Positions 45,088 through 53,887 of a stretch of 64,000 bases of DNA are shown here, one piece after another. Under the pieces are notes generated by a model. That model saw only the letters and a list, made by a program, of their open reading frames with translations. It did not search any database and had not been told where the DNA came from. The translations under genes and the position numbers were made by a program. The first letter of the stretch is position 1, and each line of letters starts with the position of its first letter. Source of the DNA: an uncultured Actinomycetes bacterium (lineage in GTDB: Bacteria > Actinomycetota > Acidimicrobiia > IMCC26256 > PALSA-610); the NCBI GenBank assembly GCA_963716525.1, contig OY970315.1, positions 3,238,154-3,302,153 of the forward strand, read 5' to 3'.

Positions 45088-46578
45088 TCAGGGATTGCGC
45101 CAGTGGTCGAAGCGGGCGTCGAGGATCGCGTCGGCGGTGGTCGGACCCCATGTTCCGGACGTGTAGGCGTGCACGGGGAGCGCGCCGGCGGAGATCGAGT
45201 CGAGGATCGGCTGCACGATCTGCCAGGCCACGTCGACCTCGTCCTCGCGGATGAAGAGCGTCGCGTCGCCGTGCAGCACGTCGAGGAGCAGCCGCTCGTA
45301 GGCCTCGGGCGCAACCTCGCGAAAGCCCTCCCGGTAGGAGAAGTCGAGCCCCACCGTGCGCACCGCGAAGCCGCTGCCCGGGACCTTGGCCCCGAACTCG
45401 AGCCGCACGCCCTCGTCGGGCTGGATGCGCATCACCAGCGTGTTCGGTTCGATCGAGTCGATCGCGGTGGTCGGCAGCGCGAGGTGCGGCACCGACTTGA
45501 ACCGCAGCGCGACCTCGGTGGTGCGCTTCGCGAGGCGTTTGCCGGCCCGCAGGTAGAACGGCACACCGGCCCAGCGCCAGTTGTCGATGCCGAAACGGAT
45601 CGCGATGTAGGTCTCGGTCGCGGAGTCTGGGGCGACGCCTTCCTCTTCGCGGTAGCCCGGCACCGGCACGCCGTCGACCGTGCCCGCGCCGTACTGCCCG
45701 CGCGCCACCGCGAGCGGCACGTCGATCTGGTTGAAGCGCTCCACCGCGCTGAGCACCTTCACCTTCTCGTCGCGCACGGGGTCGGCCGCGAACGACGCGG
45801 GCGGTTCCATCGTCACGAGCGACAGCACCTGCATCGCGTGGTTCTGCACGATGTCGCGCACGGTGCCGGCATGCTCGTAGAAGGTGCCTCGGTGCTCGAC
45901 GCCGATGGACTCCGCGATCGTGATCTGCACGTTGTCGATGTAGCGACGGTCCCAGATCGGTTCGAAGATCGCGTTCGCGAACCGCAGCGCGAGCAGGTTC
46001 TGCACGGTCTCCTTGCCGAGGTAGTGGTCGATCCGGAAGATCTGCCGCTCTTCGAACTGGTGGTGCAAGAAGTCGTTGAGCTCGCGCGCCGACGCGAGGT
46101 CGTGACCGAACGGCTTCTCGATCACGATGCGCGTGGACCCACCCTCGACGTCGTGGTTGAGCCCTGCGCCGCCGAGGGCGGACACGACCGTCTCGAAGAA
46201 CTGCGGCAGCGTCGACAGGTAGAAGATGCGATTGCCGCTGGCGCCGTGCTCGCGGTCGCATTCCTCGAGCGCGGTGCGCAAACCGGTCCACGTCGACTGC
46301 TCGTCGAAGGAGCCGGTGATGTACTTCGTGACCTTCGCGGCCTGCTCGAACGCGTCGAGGGCGTCCGGATGCGCCTTTTGCACCGCGACCTTGCATTCCT
46401 CCTTGAAGCCCTCGTCGGTCTGCTCGGTGCGGGCGACGCCGACGAGGCAGAAGTGGCCGGGGAGCTGACCACGCTGGGCGAGCGAGGCGATGGCCGGATA
46501 GAGCTTGCGCTGGGCCAGGTCGCCGGTGGCGCCGAGCACGACGAGGGCGGCGCCGTCGACGTGCTGCGCATCCGTCAC
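45088..46578 (-). CDS. zwf: Glucose-6-phosphate 1-dehydrogenase
   Basis: GTG 46578. LGATGDLAQRKLYPA, EKPFGHDL, RIDHYLGKE and the remaining full-length Zwf motifs. Confidence 0.93.
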   Translation of the reverse strand: MTDAQHVDGAALVVLGATGDLAQRKLYPAIASLAQRGQLPGHFCLVGVARTEQTDEGFKEECKVAVQKAHPDALDAFEQAAKVTKYITGSFDEQSTWTGLRTALEECDREHGASGNRIFYLSTLPQFFETVVSALGGAGLNHDVEGGSTRIVIEKPFGHDLASARELNDFLHHQFEERQIFRIDHYLGKETVQNLLALRFANAIFEPIWDRRYIDNVQITIAESIGVEHRGTFYEHAGTVRDIVQNHAMQVLSLVTMEPPASFAADPVRDEKVKVLSAVERFNQIDVPLAVARGQYGAGTVDGVPVPGYREEEGVAPDSATETYIAIRFGIDNWRWAGVPFYLRAGKRLAKRTTEVALRFKSVPHLALPTTAIDSIEPNTLVMRIQPDEGVRLEFGAKVPGSGFAVRTVGLDFSYREGFREVAPEAYERLLLDVLHGDATLFIREDEVDVAWQIVQPILDSISAGALPVHAYTSGTWGPTTADAILDARFDHWRNP

Positions 46579-46598
46579 ACCTCTGATAGTAGAAGGCG

Positions 46599-47654
46599 AT
46601 GGATCGCGCGACGGTCGATGTCTACGAGCACCGCGCGCTGGAGTGGGAGCAGGCCCGCAGCGCCGGTGCGCTCGACGCCGCTGCAGCATTCGCGCGCCGT
46701 GCGGCCATCGGCATGGCGCGCCTCGACCTTGCCTGCGGTCCGGGCTGGCACGGCGCCCACCTCGGTGCACCCTTGGTTGCCACCGATGCGGCGGTCGCGA
46801 TGCTCGAGCTCGTGCCCGGCCATGCTCCCGGCGCGCTGCGGGTGGCGCACGACCTCGAGGCGCTGCCGTTCCGGGGCGCGGCCTTCGGCGGTGTATGGGC
46901 ACACAAGTGCCTCATGCACGTGGCGAAGGAGCGGCTCCCGCTCGCGCTGGCCGACCTGCATCGAGCGTCGGCCGTGGGTGGTGCCCTGCACATCCGGGTG
47001 ACCTCGGACCGGCTCGATCCCGACTGGAAGGACGAGTTCCGCGGCCGCCACTTCAGCTACTGGAACCCCGAGCACCTCGTACGCGTGGTCGAGGGCGCGG
47101 GGTTTTCGGTCGACGACGTGCACGACGACAACGAGGAGTGGCTCGACGTCGAGGCCACCCGGCTGCGCACGCTGCCCGACATCGTCGGGCCCGGTATGCG
47201 GCTGCTCGTGGTGGGTCTGAACCCGTCGCTCTACTCGGCCGATGCCGGCATGGGCTTCGCGCGGCCCGGCAACCGGTTCTGGCCCGCCGCGCTCGCGGCC
47301 GGCGTCGTCACACGAGATCGCGACACGCGCCACGCGCTGCTCGCCCACGGCGTCGGCTTCACCGACCTCGTGAAGCGCGCGACGTCCGGCGCCAAGGAAA
47401 TCGCCGTCGCGGAGTACCGGGCGGGCGCCGATCGAGTGCGGGCGCTCGTGGAGTGGCTGCAACCGTCAACCGTCCTGTTCGCCGGCCTCGACGGCTACCG
47501 CAAGGTGATCGACCGCAACGCAGTCGCCGGCTGGCAGGCGAGCGGCTTCGGCGGGGCGCACGGCTACGTGATGCCGAACCCGAGTGGCATCAACGCGCAC
47601 ACGAACGTCGCCGAGCTTGCAGCACACTTGCGCGCCGCCGCGGAGGAGTGCTGA
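46599..47654 (+). CDS. Fusion protein: N-terminal SAM-methyltransferase-like domain + C-terminal Mug/TDG-family (family 2) mismatch uracil-DNA glycosylase
   Basis: Residues 1 to about 190 are methyltransferase-like (LDLACGPGWHG...VWAHKCLMHV...GGALHI). From LPDIVGPGMRLLVVGLNPSLYSADAGMGFARPGNRFW to YVMPNPSGINAH it is the Mug pattern (GINPG / NPSG motifs). It is one uninterrupted frame. Confidence 0.75.
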   Translation: MDRATVDVYEHRALEWEQARSAGALDAAAAFARRAAIGMARLDLACGPGWHGAHLGAPLVATDAAVAMLELVPGHAPGALRVAHDLEALPFRGAAFGGVWAHKCLMHVAKERLPLALADLHRASAVGGALHIRVTSDRLDPDWKDEFRGRHFSYWNPEHLVRVVEGAGFSVDDVHDDNEEWLDVEATRLRTLPDIVGPGMRLLVVGLNPSLYSADAGMGFARPGNRFWPAALAAGVVTRDRDTRHALLAHGVGFTDLVKRATSGAKEIAVAEYRAGADRVRALVEWLQPSTVLFAGLDGYRKVIDRNAVAGWQASGFGGAHGYVMPNPSGINAHTNVAELAAHLRAAAEEC

Positions 47655-47656
47655 CC

Positions 47657-48079
47657 GTGAAGACACTGGCCAACGTTCTCTGGTTCGTGTTGGCAGGGTT
47701 CTGGCTCGCGATCGCGTACCTCGTTGCCGCGGTGGTCATGGTGATCACGATCATCGGCATCCCGTTCGCGATCGCGGCGATGCGCATGGCATCACTTGTG
47801 ATCTGGCCGTTCGGCCGGACCGTCGTGAAGGACCCGAACCGTGGCGCGGTTGCCGCAGTGGGCAACCTGCTGTGGATCGTCCTCTGCGGCTGGTGGCTGG
47901 CCCTCGCGCACATCGTCAGCGGCATTCTGTTGTGCATCACGATCATCGGCATCCCGTACGGCGTCGTCAACTTGAAGTTGATCCCGCTCGCGTTCGCGCC
48001 CTGGGGTAAGCGCGTGGTGACCACCGCCGAGGCGGTTGCGGGCTCACTCACGCCGGTGGCGGTCGTACCCTCGAAGTGA
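47657..48079 (+). CDS. YccF-like inner membrane protein (DUF307 repeat)
   Basis: GTG 47657. Two copies of the motif are present (ITIIGIPFAIAAMRMA and ITIIGIPYGVVNLKL). Confidence 0.75.
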   Translation: MKTLANVLWFVLAGFWLAIAYLVAAVVMVITIIGIPFAIAAMRMASLVIWPFGRTVVKDPNRGAVAAVGNLLWIVLCGWWLALAHIVSGILLCITIIGIPYGVVNLKLIPLAFAPWGKRVVTTAEAVAGSLTPVAVVPSK

Positions 48080-48098
48080 CCGGCGTGCGTAACGCCGG
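48080..48098 (+). terminator. Stem-loop immediately after the yccF-like stop (no U-tract)
   Basis: CCGGCGT-gcgta-ACGCCGG, a 7-bp perfect stem starting 1 nt after TGA 48077-48079. Confidence 0.3.
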
Positions 48099-48099
48099 C

Positions 48100-48325
48100 T
48101 CAGCGGTTGTGATGGTGTGGTTGGCGCGGCGGGCTTGGTGGAGTTGGTGGATGATGATTCCGGTGGCGTCGTGCGGGATGGCCAGGCATGGATCCACGAC
48201 ATGATCTCCTCCCAGCTGATCGTGATGGTGACGTGGGGGGCAACGCCTGCTTCGAGGGGCAGGTCTTCGTGGTCGAGGAGGTGGTCGTAGGTTTTCGCCG
48301 ATGGCCGACCCGCCGGGCTCCTATG
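48100..48325 (-). pseudogene. Possible relic of a DUF222/HNH-endonuclease-type gene (fragment only)
   Basis: The segment is locally less GC-rich. One minus frame reads KTYDHLLDHEDLPLEAGVAPHVTITISWEEIMS... This resembles the LL..G.LP..GG.RPH..VT....L block as I recall it from DUF222 proteins. There is no start codon and the fragment is bounded by a TAG. Confidence 0.25.
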
Positions 48326-49035
48326 CGTTCCTCGAGTTCAACGCGCCGCTGTCCGGCGCGCGTGCCGACCGGCTCGCCGCCGCCCTCGCTGCGACCGGCC
48401 CCCGCTCGGTGCTCGACGTCGGGTGCGGATGGGGCGAGCTGCTGCTGCGCATCGCGAGTGCAGCGCCGCGAGCCGCCGCGGTGGGCGTCGACCTCAACGC
48501 CGCGCTGCTCGACCACGCGCGCCGCAACGCGGCCGACCGCGGGCTGGCGGATCGCGTTCAGTTCGTCGAGGCGAGCGCTCCACTCGACGGCGCACCGGTC
48601 GATCTCGCGGTGTGTATCGGGGCCGATCATGCCTATGGCCGGCAAGCCGACGCGTTGGCGGTGCTGCACCGGCTCGTCGCACCCGGCGGTCGTGTGCTGT
48701 TCGGGACGGGCTTCTGGGAAGCTCGCCCCACGGCCGAGCAGGCGGCGGTACTCGGCATGCAACCGGATTCACTCGAGGATCTCGACGGTCTCGTCGACCT
48801 CACGATCCACGCCGGGTTCCGGCCGTTGCGCATCGAGACGGCGAACCGCGACGAATGGGAGACGTTCGAGTCGGGCTACCTCGGCGACTGGGAGCATTGG
48901 CTGCACATGCATCCCGGAGATCCCGGCGCGCCCGAGATCGCACGGAAGGCCGACGAACATCGCAAGGGCTGGTTGGCGGGATACCGGGGCGTGCTCGGGT
49001 TCGCGTACCTGACGCTCGGCCGCGTGCGCACCTGA
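48301..49035 (+). CDS. Class I SAM-dependent methyltransferase
   Basis: 244-aa ORF with SVLDVGCGWGELLL (motif I), VDLNAALLDHARRNA and LVAPGGRVLF. Confidence 0.8.
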   Translation: MADPPGSYAFLEFNAPLSGARADRLAAALAATGPRSVLDVGCGWGELLLRIASAAPRAAAVGVDLNAALLDHARRNAADRGLADRVQFVEASAPLDGAPVDLAVCIGADHAYGRQADALAVLHRLVAPGGRVLFGTGFWEARPTAEQAAVLGMQPDSLEDLDGLVDLTIHAGFRPLRIETANRDEWETFESGYLGDWEHWLHMHPGDPGAPEIARKADEHRKGWLAGYRGVLGFAYLTLGRVRT

Positions 49036-49053
49036 CGACTCCAGTGTGCAGGA

Positions 49054-50139
49054 CTACAGCGCGCTGCGCTTGGCGCCCAACGTGGAGAGCGCGTCGTGGT
49101 AGCTCTTGGCGAAGCTGTCGACGCCCTCGCGCTCGAGCGTGCTGGTGACGTCGTCGAAGTCGGCGCCCGCATCGGCGAGGGCCGCGATCGCGGCGCGCGC
49201 GCCGTCGACGTCGCGGCACACGGTGTCGGCCTCCATACCCGGGTGCTGCTGCAGCGCGTCGATCGAGGGCTGCGCGAGCGTGTTCACGGTGTCGTGACCG
49301 ATCAGATCGTCGACGTAGAGCGTGGGGGAGTACGCAGGGTTCTTCGTGGACGTGCTCGCCCACAACGGGCGCTGTACCGGTGCGCCCTTCGCCGCGAGCT
49401 CCTGCCAGCGTGGCGACGCGATGTGCTCCAGGAACGCCTGGTACGCGAGCTTGGCGTTGGCCACCGCCGCCTTGCCGCGCAGCGCGTGCCCTTCGGGGAG
49501 GCGCTTGTCGGTTTCGGTGTCGACGCGGCTCACGAAGAACGACGCGACGCTGTGCACGGTGGACGGGTCGCCGCCGTTCGACGCGAGCTGCTCGAGGCCG
49601 GCGGTGTGCGCCTCCATCACCTGCGCGTAGCGGTCGAGCGCGAAGATCAGCGTGACGTTGACGTTGATACCGGCCGCGAGCACGTCGGTGATCGCGGGGA
49701 TGCCCTCGGCGGTCGCCGGGATCTTGATCATCAGGTTCGGTCGCTCGATGCGGCCCCAGAGCTCCTTGGCCTGCGTGATTGTGGCGTGCGTGTCGCGTGC
49801 GAGGTCGGGCGACACCTCCACCGACACGAAGCCGTCGCTTCCGTTCGTGTGGCTGTGCACACCGGCGAGGATCTCGCACGCGTCGCGCACGTCGTCGACG
49901 ACCATCGTCCAGTACGCGTCGTCGGTGGGCATGTCGCCGAGCGACCGCAGCTGCTCGTCGTAATCGGTGCCGGCGCCCATCGCCTTCTCGAAGATCGTGG
50001 GGTTCGAGGTGACGCCGCGGATGCCGTCGCGCTCGAGGAGCCGGCGCAGGCCACCGCGCGCGAGCGAGCGCGTGAGGTTGTCGTACCACGGGCTCTGGCC
50101 GAACTCGATCAGCTTCGCGACGTCGGATCGTTGGGTCAT
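49054..50139 (-). CDS. tal: Transaldolase (actinobacterial long type)
   Basis: ATG 50139 overlaps the tkt stop (ATGA). GQSPWYDNLTR, VTSNPTIF, FVSVEVSP and NLMIKIPAT. Confidence 0.93.
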   Translation of the reverse strand: MTQRSDVAKLIEFGQSPWYDNLTRSLARGGLRRLLERDGIRGVTSNPTIFEKAMGAGTDYDEQLRSLGDMPTDDAYWTMVVDDVRDACEILAGVHSHTNGSDGFVSVEVSPDLARDTHATITQAKELWGRIERPNLMIKIPATAEGIPAITDVLAAGINVNVTLIFALDRYAQVMEAHTAGLEQLASNGGDPSTVHSVASFFVSRVDTETDKRLPEGHALRGKAAVANAKLAYQAFLEHIASPRWQELAAKGAPVQRPLWASTSTKNPAYSPTLYVDDLIGHDTVNTLAQPSIDALQQHPGMEADTVCRDVDGARAAIAALADAGADFDDVTSTLEREGVDSFAKSYHDALSTLGAKRSAL

Positions 50140-52160
50140 GACTGGCTTCCTTTTGCCTCTGCCGCGCGGGCGAGCAGCCCGCGGGCACGCTCCACCACAT
50201 GGTCTTCGTTGATGCCGAGATTGCGCAGCGCCACGTCGCCTGGCGCCGAGGCGCCGAAGCGGTCGATGCCGACCGAATCGTCGGCGTAACGCTCCCAACC
50301 GAATGTGGCACCGGCTTCCACCGAGAGCGCCGGCACCCCGGGGGGCAGCACCGACAGCCGGTAGTCGTCGGGCTGTAGCTCGAAGCGGTCCCAGGACGGC
50401 ATCGACACCACACGCACGGACACTCCATCGGCGCGCAGTGTGGCGGCTGCACCCACGCAGACCGAGACCTCGGAGCCGGTGCCGACGAGCACGAGCTGTG
50501 GTGGGCCGGCGGGCGCCTCGTCCACGAGCACGTAGGCGCCGCGCGCCAGGCCCTCGGGGGCGCGCTCGGCCGTGCCCTCGAGCACCGGCAGGTTCTGGCG
50601 GCTGAGGACGATGGCGGTGGGGCCGTCGCCGTCGACGTGGCACTGCCACGCGAAGGCGGTCTCGTTGGCGTCGGCCGGACGGATCACCGACAGGCCCGGC
50701 ATCGCGCGGAGCGACGCGAGCTGCTCGATCGGCTGGTGCGTCGGGCCGTCCTCGCCGACGCCGACGGAGTCGTGCGTCCAGACGAACGCGACCTTGTAGC
50801 GCGCGAGCGCGGCGAGGCGCGCACTCGGCCGCATGTAGTCGGAGAACACGAAGAACGTGCCCACGAACGGCAACGTCGCCGAACAGGCCATCCCGTTCGC
50901 GATCGAGCCCATGCCGTGCTCGCGGATCCCGAAGTGCACGTTGCGCCCCGAGGCGTCGTGCTCGTCGACGATGCCCGCGTCCTTGATGAGCGTGCCGGTG
51001 TTGCCGGTGAGATCGGCGCCGCCGCCGACGAGCCCGGGCACCACGTCGAAGATCGCGGTGAGCACCTCTTTGCTCGCGTTGCGCGTTGCGATCTGGTCAC
51101 CGGCCGTCCATTGCGGAAGCTTTGCTGCCCAGCCGTCGAGGCCGCGGCCCTCGATGCACGCCTCGAGCTCCGCGCCCCGCGCGGGATCGGCCGCCATCCA
51201 GCGGATGCGCTGCTGCTCGCGCTCGGCCCTGAGCACCGCGCCACGCGCACCCGCCTCGCGGTACATCGCGAGCACGTCGTCGGGCACGAAGAACGTCTCG
51301 TCGGCCGGCAGCCCGAGGATCTCCTTGGTGACGCGAACCTCGTCCTCGCCGAGCGGGCTGCCGTGCGCGTGCGCGGTGTCGGTGTACTTCGGCGACGGCC
51401 AGCCGATGTGGCTGCGCAGGATCAACAGCGTCGGCCGTTCGGTCTCGGCCATGCCCGCGCGCAGGCCCTGCTCGAGCGCGTCGAGGTCGTTGGCCTCCTC
51501 GCCGAGCTGCACGACGTGCCAGCCGTAGGCCTCGAAGCGCTTCGCGGCGTCGTCGCTGTACGCGAGCTCGGTGCGGCCGTCGATCGTGATGTGGTTGTCG
51601 TCGTACACGTACACGATCCGGCCGAGCTTGAAGTGCCCGGCGAACGACGCGGCCTCGTGGCTGATGCCCTCCATGAGGCAGCCGTCGCCGGCGATGCCGA
51701 ACACGTGGTGATCGCACACCTCCGCGCCGAAGCGCTGGCGGAGGTGCTTCTCGGCGAGCGCGAAGCCCACGCCGTTGGCGACGCCCTGGCCGAGCGGCCC
51801 GGTGGTGACCTCCACACCGGCCGTGTGGCGGTACTCGGGGTGCCCCGGCGTGCGGGAGCCCCACTGGCGGAACTGGCGGAGGTCGTCGAGCTCGAGCCCG
51901 TAGCCGCAGAGGTAGAGCATCGAGTACAGGAGCATCGACGCGTGCCCGTTCGACAGCACGAAGCGGTCTCGGTCGAACCACTGCGGATCGGCGGCGTCGT
52001 AGCGCATGACGCGCGTGAACAGCACGTGCGCGAGCGGCGCGAGCGCCATCGGCGTGCCGGGGTGGCCGCTGTTGGCCTGCTGGACCGCGTCCATCGCGAG
52101 CCCGCGGATCACGTTGACGCCGCGCGCGTCGAGGTCGGGTGTCGTGCTCGTGGGACTCAT
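50136..52160 (-). CDS. tkt: Transketolase
   Basis: 674-aa ORF with SGHPGTPMALAP, LSNGHASMLLY, GDGCLMEG and the remaining full-length Tkt motifs. Confidence 0.95.
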   Translation of the reverse strand: MSPTSTTPDLDARGVNVIRGLAMDAVQQANSGHPGTPMALAPLAHVLFTRVMRYDAADPQWFDRDRFVLSNGHASMLLYSMLYLCGYGLELDDLRQFRQWGSRTPGHPEYRHTAGVEVTTGPLGQGVANGVGFALAEKHLRQRFGAEVCDHHVFGIAGDGCLMEGISHEAASFAGHFKLGRIVYVYDDNHITIDGRTELAYSDDAAKRFEAYGWHVVQLGEEANDLDALEQGLRAGMAETERPTLLILRSHIGWPSPKYTDTAHAHGSPLGEDEVRVTKEILGLPADETFFVPDDVLAMYREAGARGAVLRAEREQQRIRWMAADPARGAELEACIEGRGLDGWAAKLPQWTAGDQIATRNASKEVLTAIFDVVPGLVGGGADLTGNTGTLIKDAGIVDEHDASGRNVHFGIREHGMGSIANGMACSATLPFVGTFFVFSDYMRPSARLAALARYKVAFVWTHDSVGVGEDGPTHQPIEQLASLRAMPGLSVIRPADANETAFAWQCHVDGDGPTAIVLSRQNLPVLEGTAERAPEGLARGAYVLVDEAPAGPPQLVLVGTGSEVSVCVGAAATLRADGVSVRVVSMPSWDRFELQPDDYRLSVLPPGVPALSVEAGATFGWERYADDSVGIDRFGASAPGDVALRNLGINEDHVVERARGLLARAAEAKGSQS

Positions 52161-52205
52161 CGAACCACCCTCGGATTCGTCTCTCGGTGAGCTGGTGTAC
52201 CCAGC

Positions 52206-53396
52206 CTACGGGAGGGCGAGCGAGGATCCTCCGCCACCGAACAGCAGCGTGCTCGCAGTGAAGCCGTGCAAGAACGCGCGCCCGCCGACCGGACCGATCT
52301 CGCCTGCGCACGACATTCCGGCGAGCTCGAGCGAGTCGCCGCCCGCGTCTTCGAGCGTCGCGGCGTCCTGGTGTGGACGCCCGAACAGGTGGGTACCGCG
52401 GCCGTTGCACGTGAAGAGGAGCGCGGCCTGTGCGGTGTCGTCACCGCGGGAGATGGCGTGCGAGGCGACCAGCTGGAGATCCTCCTGCGCCGATCCCGCG
52501 TCGCGCACATGGAACTGGAGCGTCTGGCCCACCTCGACGAGCTCGCCGACGGCGATCGCCCCCGTGTCCGGATCGGCGCCGGTGACGTTGCGCACGAGGA
52601 AGTCGCCGCGGGCGAACTCGGCTCGATGCTCGTCGACCACGATCCCGACGTGCAGGCCGCCGCGTAGTAGCGCGCGCTCGTCGTCGCTTGCCCCCGCGGC
52701 GATCTCCTGCAGGCGGTTGAGGGGCGTGGTGCCGCCGAGCCCCCGGATCACGTTGCGCTCGGCCTCGGTGATCGTGAACGGCCGTCCGATCGGGCGGCAG
52801 CCCTGCGATACCGCGGGCCACGCCGGGACGGTCTTGTCGAGCAGCACGCCGACCGCGCCACGCGTGTGCGCCTCGCGGTCGACGAGCAGCACGTTGCCCC
52901 CCGGACCGGGGGCCGCCGACGCGAGCCCGCCGACGACGGTGAGGCCCGCGACCCGGCGGTTGCACAGCTCGAGGAAGTCGCCGGCCGGGAAGGTGAACGG
53001 ATCGGCGAGCAGCACCAACGTGCCCGACGCCATGAGGTCGTCGGGCCATCCCTCGAGCCGCAGACCGTCGCGGTCGGGGACCGCGTCGAGCCGCACGGTG
53101 CGGGCCCGCCCGCCGCCGAGGCATGCCGCCCACACCGACAGGGCCGGGCCGTCCTCGATCTCGCGGTCGTGGCCGGCGACCATGGCGGCGGTGGTGCCGA
53201 TCAGCGTCTCGGGCGTGATCAGCTCGTGGAGCACGCCGGCGATGTCGGCCGCGGCGGCGCCGTGATGGGGGCTGGCGAACACGACCACCACGTCGGGTTG
53301 CGTGCCGCCGAACCGTTCGAGCAGCGATCCGGTGCACTCGGCCACCGCTTCCACGGCCGACGGATGCTGCGACAGGGCGGCCGCGTAGCGATTCAT
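52206..53396 (-). CDS. FIST-domain (FIST_N + FIST_C) putative sensor protein
   Basis: 396-aa ORF. The layout and the C-terminal LFTCNGRG...GMSCAGEIGP motif are typical of FIST C domains. Confidence 0.7.
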   Translation of the reverse strand: MNRYAAALSQHPSAVEAVAECTGSLLERFGGTQPDVVVVFASPHHGAAAADIAGVLHELITPETLIGTTAAMVAGHDREIEDGPALSVWAACLGGGRARTVRLDAVPDRDGLRLEGWPDDLMASGTLVLLADPFTFPAGDFLELCNRRVAGLTVVGGLASAAPGPGGNVLLVDREAHTRGAVGVLLDKTVPAWPAVSQGCRPIGRPFTITEAERNVIRGLGGTTPLNRLQEIAAGASDDERALLRGGLHVGIVVDEHRAEFARGDFLVRNVTGADPDTGAIAVGELVEVGQTLQFHVRDAGSAQEDLQLVASHAISRGDDTAQAALLFTCNGRGTHLFGRPHQDAATLEDAGGDSLELAGMSCAGEIGPVGGRAFLHGFTASTLLFGGGGSSLALP

Positions 53397-53473
53397 GCTG
53401 GATCAGGCTTCGACGACCACAATGCGTGGCTGAAGGTGGAGTTCCCGCACGGGGGCGAGCCCTTCGTCACGCC

Positions 53474-53875
53474 TCAGGTAACCACGGTGAGTGGTGTGAC
53501 GACGCTGGATCCGGTTTCGGTGATCGTGCAGCGAGCCTCGACCGTGCCGGCCTCGGGGAACGTCAGCTCGGGCCGCACGAGCTGGTAGAAGAACTTGCCC
53601 GGCGGCTGGATCGTGACCGGTGCCCGATGATGGCCGATCTCCTCGCCGTCGGAGCCGGAATCGGCCTCGCGCACGAAGGCGACGTCGAGCGTTCCCGTGC
53701 GCGCCGCGTCAGCCTCGGCCCGCAGCAGCACGAGGAGGTGCGGCGTGACCAGCGCGGGGAACTCCTGGGCCGCCGTCGAGAAGTAGGCGCCGGTGATGTC
53801 GATCTTCGTCGGCCCACCCTCGTACTCGCGGCGGAACTCGACGTTGTCGATCCACAGTGCGGCGACGATCTGCAT
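53474..53875 (-). CDS. Hypothetical protein
   Basis: 133-aa ORF with protein-like composition. No family is recognised. Confidence 0.4.
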   Translation of the reverse strand: MQIVAALWIDNVEFRREYEGGPTKIDITGAYFSTAAQEFPALVTPHLLVLLRAEADAARTGTLDVAFVREADSGSDGEEIGHHRAPVTIQPPGKFFYQLVRPELTFPEAGTVEARCTITETGSSVVTPLTVVT

Positions 53876-53887
53876 CGGACGCGGACG

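Noticed and set aside
48100-48762. A 220-aa minus-strand ORF as a real gene
   Set aside because: Most of it is antisense to the well-supported methyltransferase at 48301..49035 and has Arg/Pro-rich composition. Only the 48100-48325 portion, in a different frame, shows faint protein-like similarity, and that is reported separately as a possible relic.
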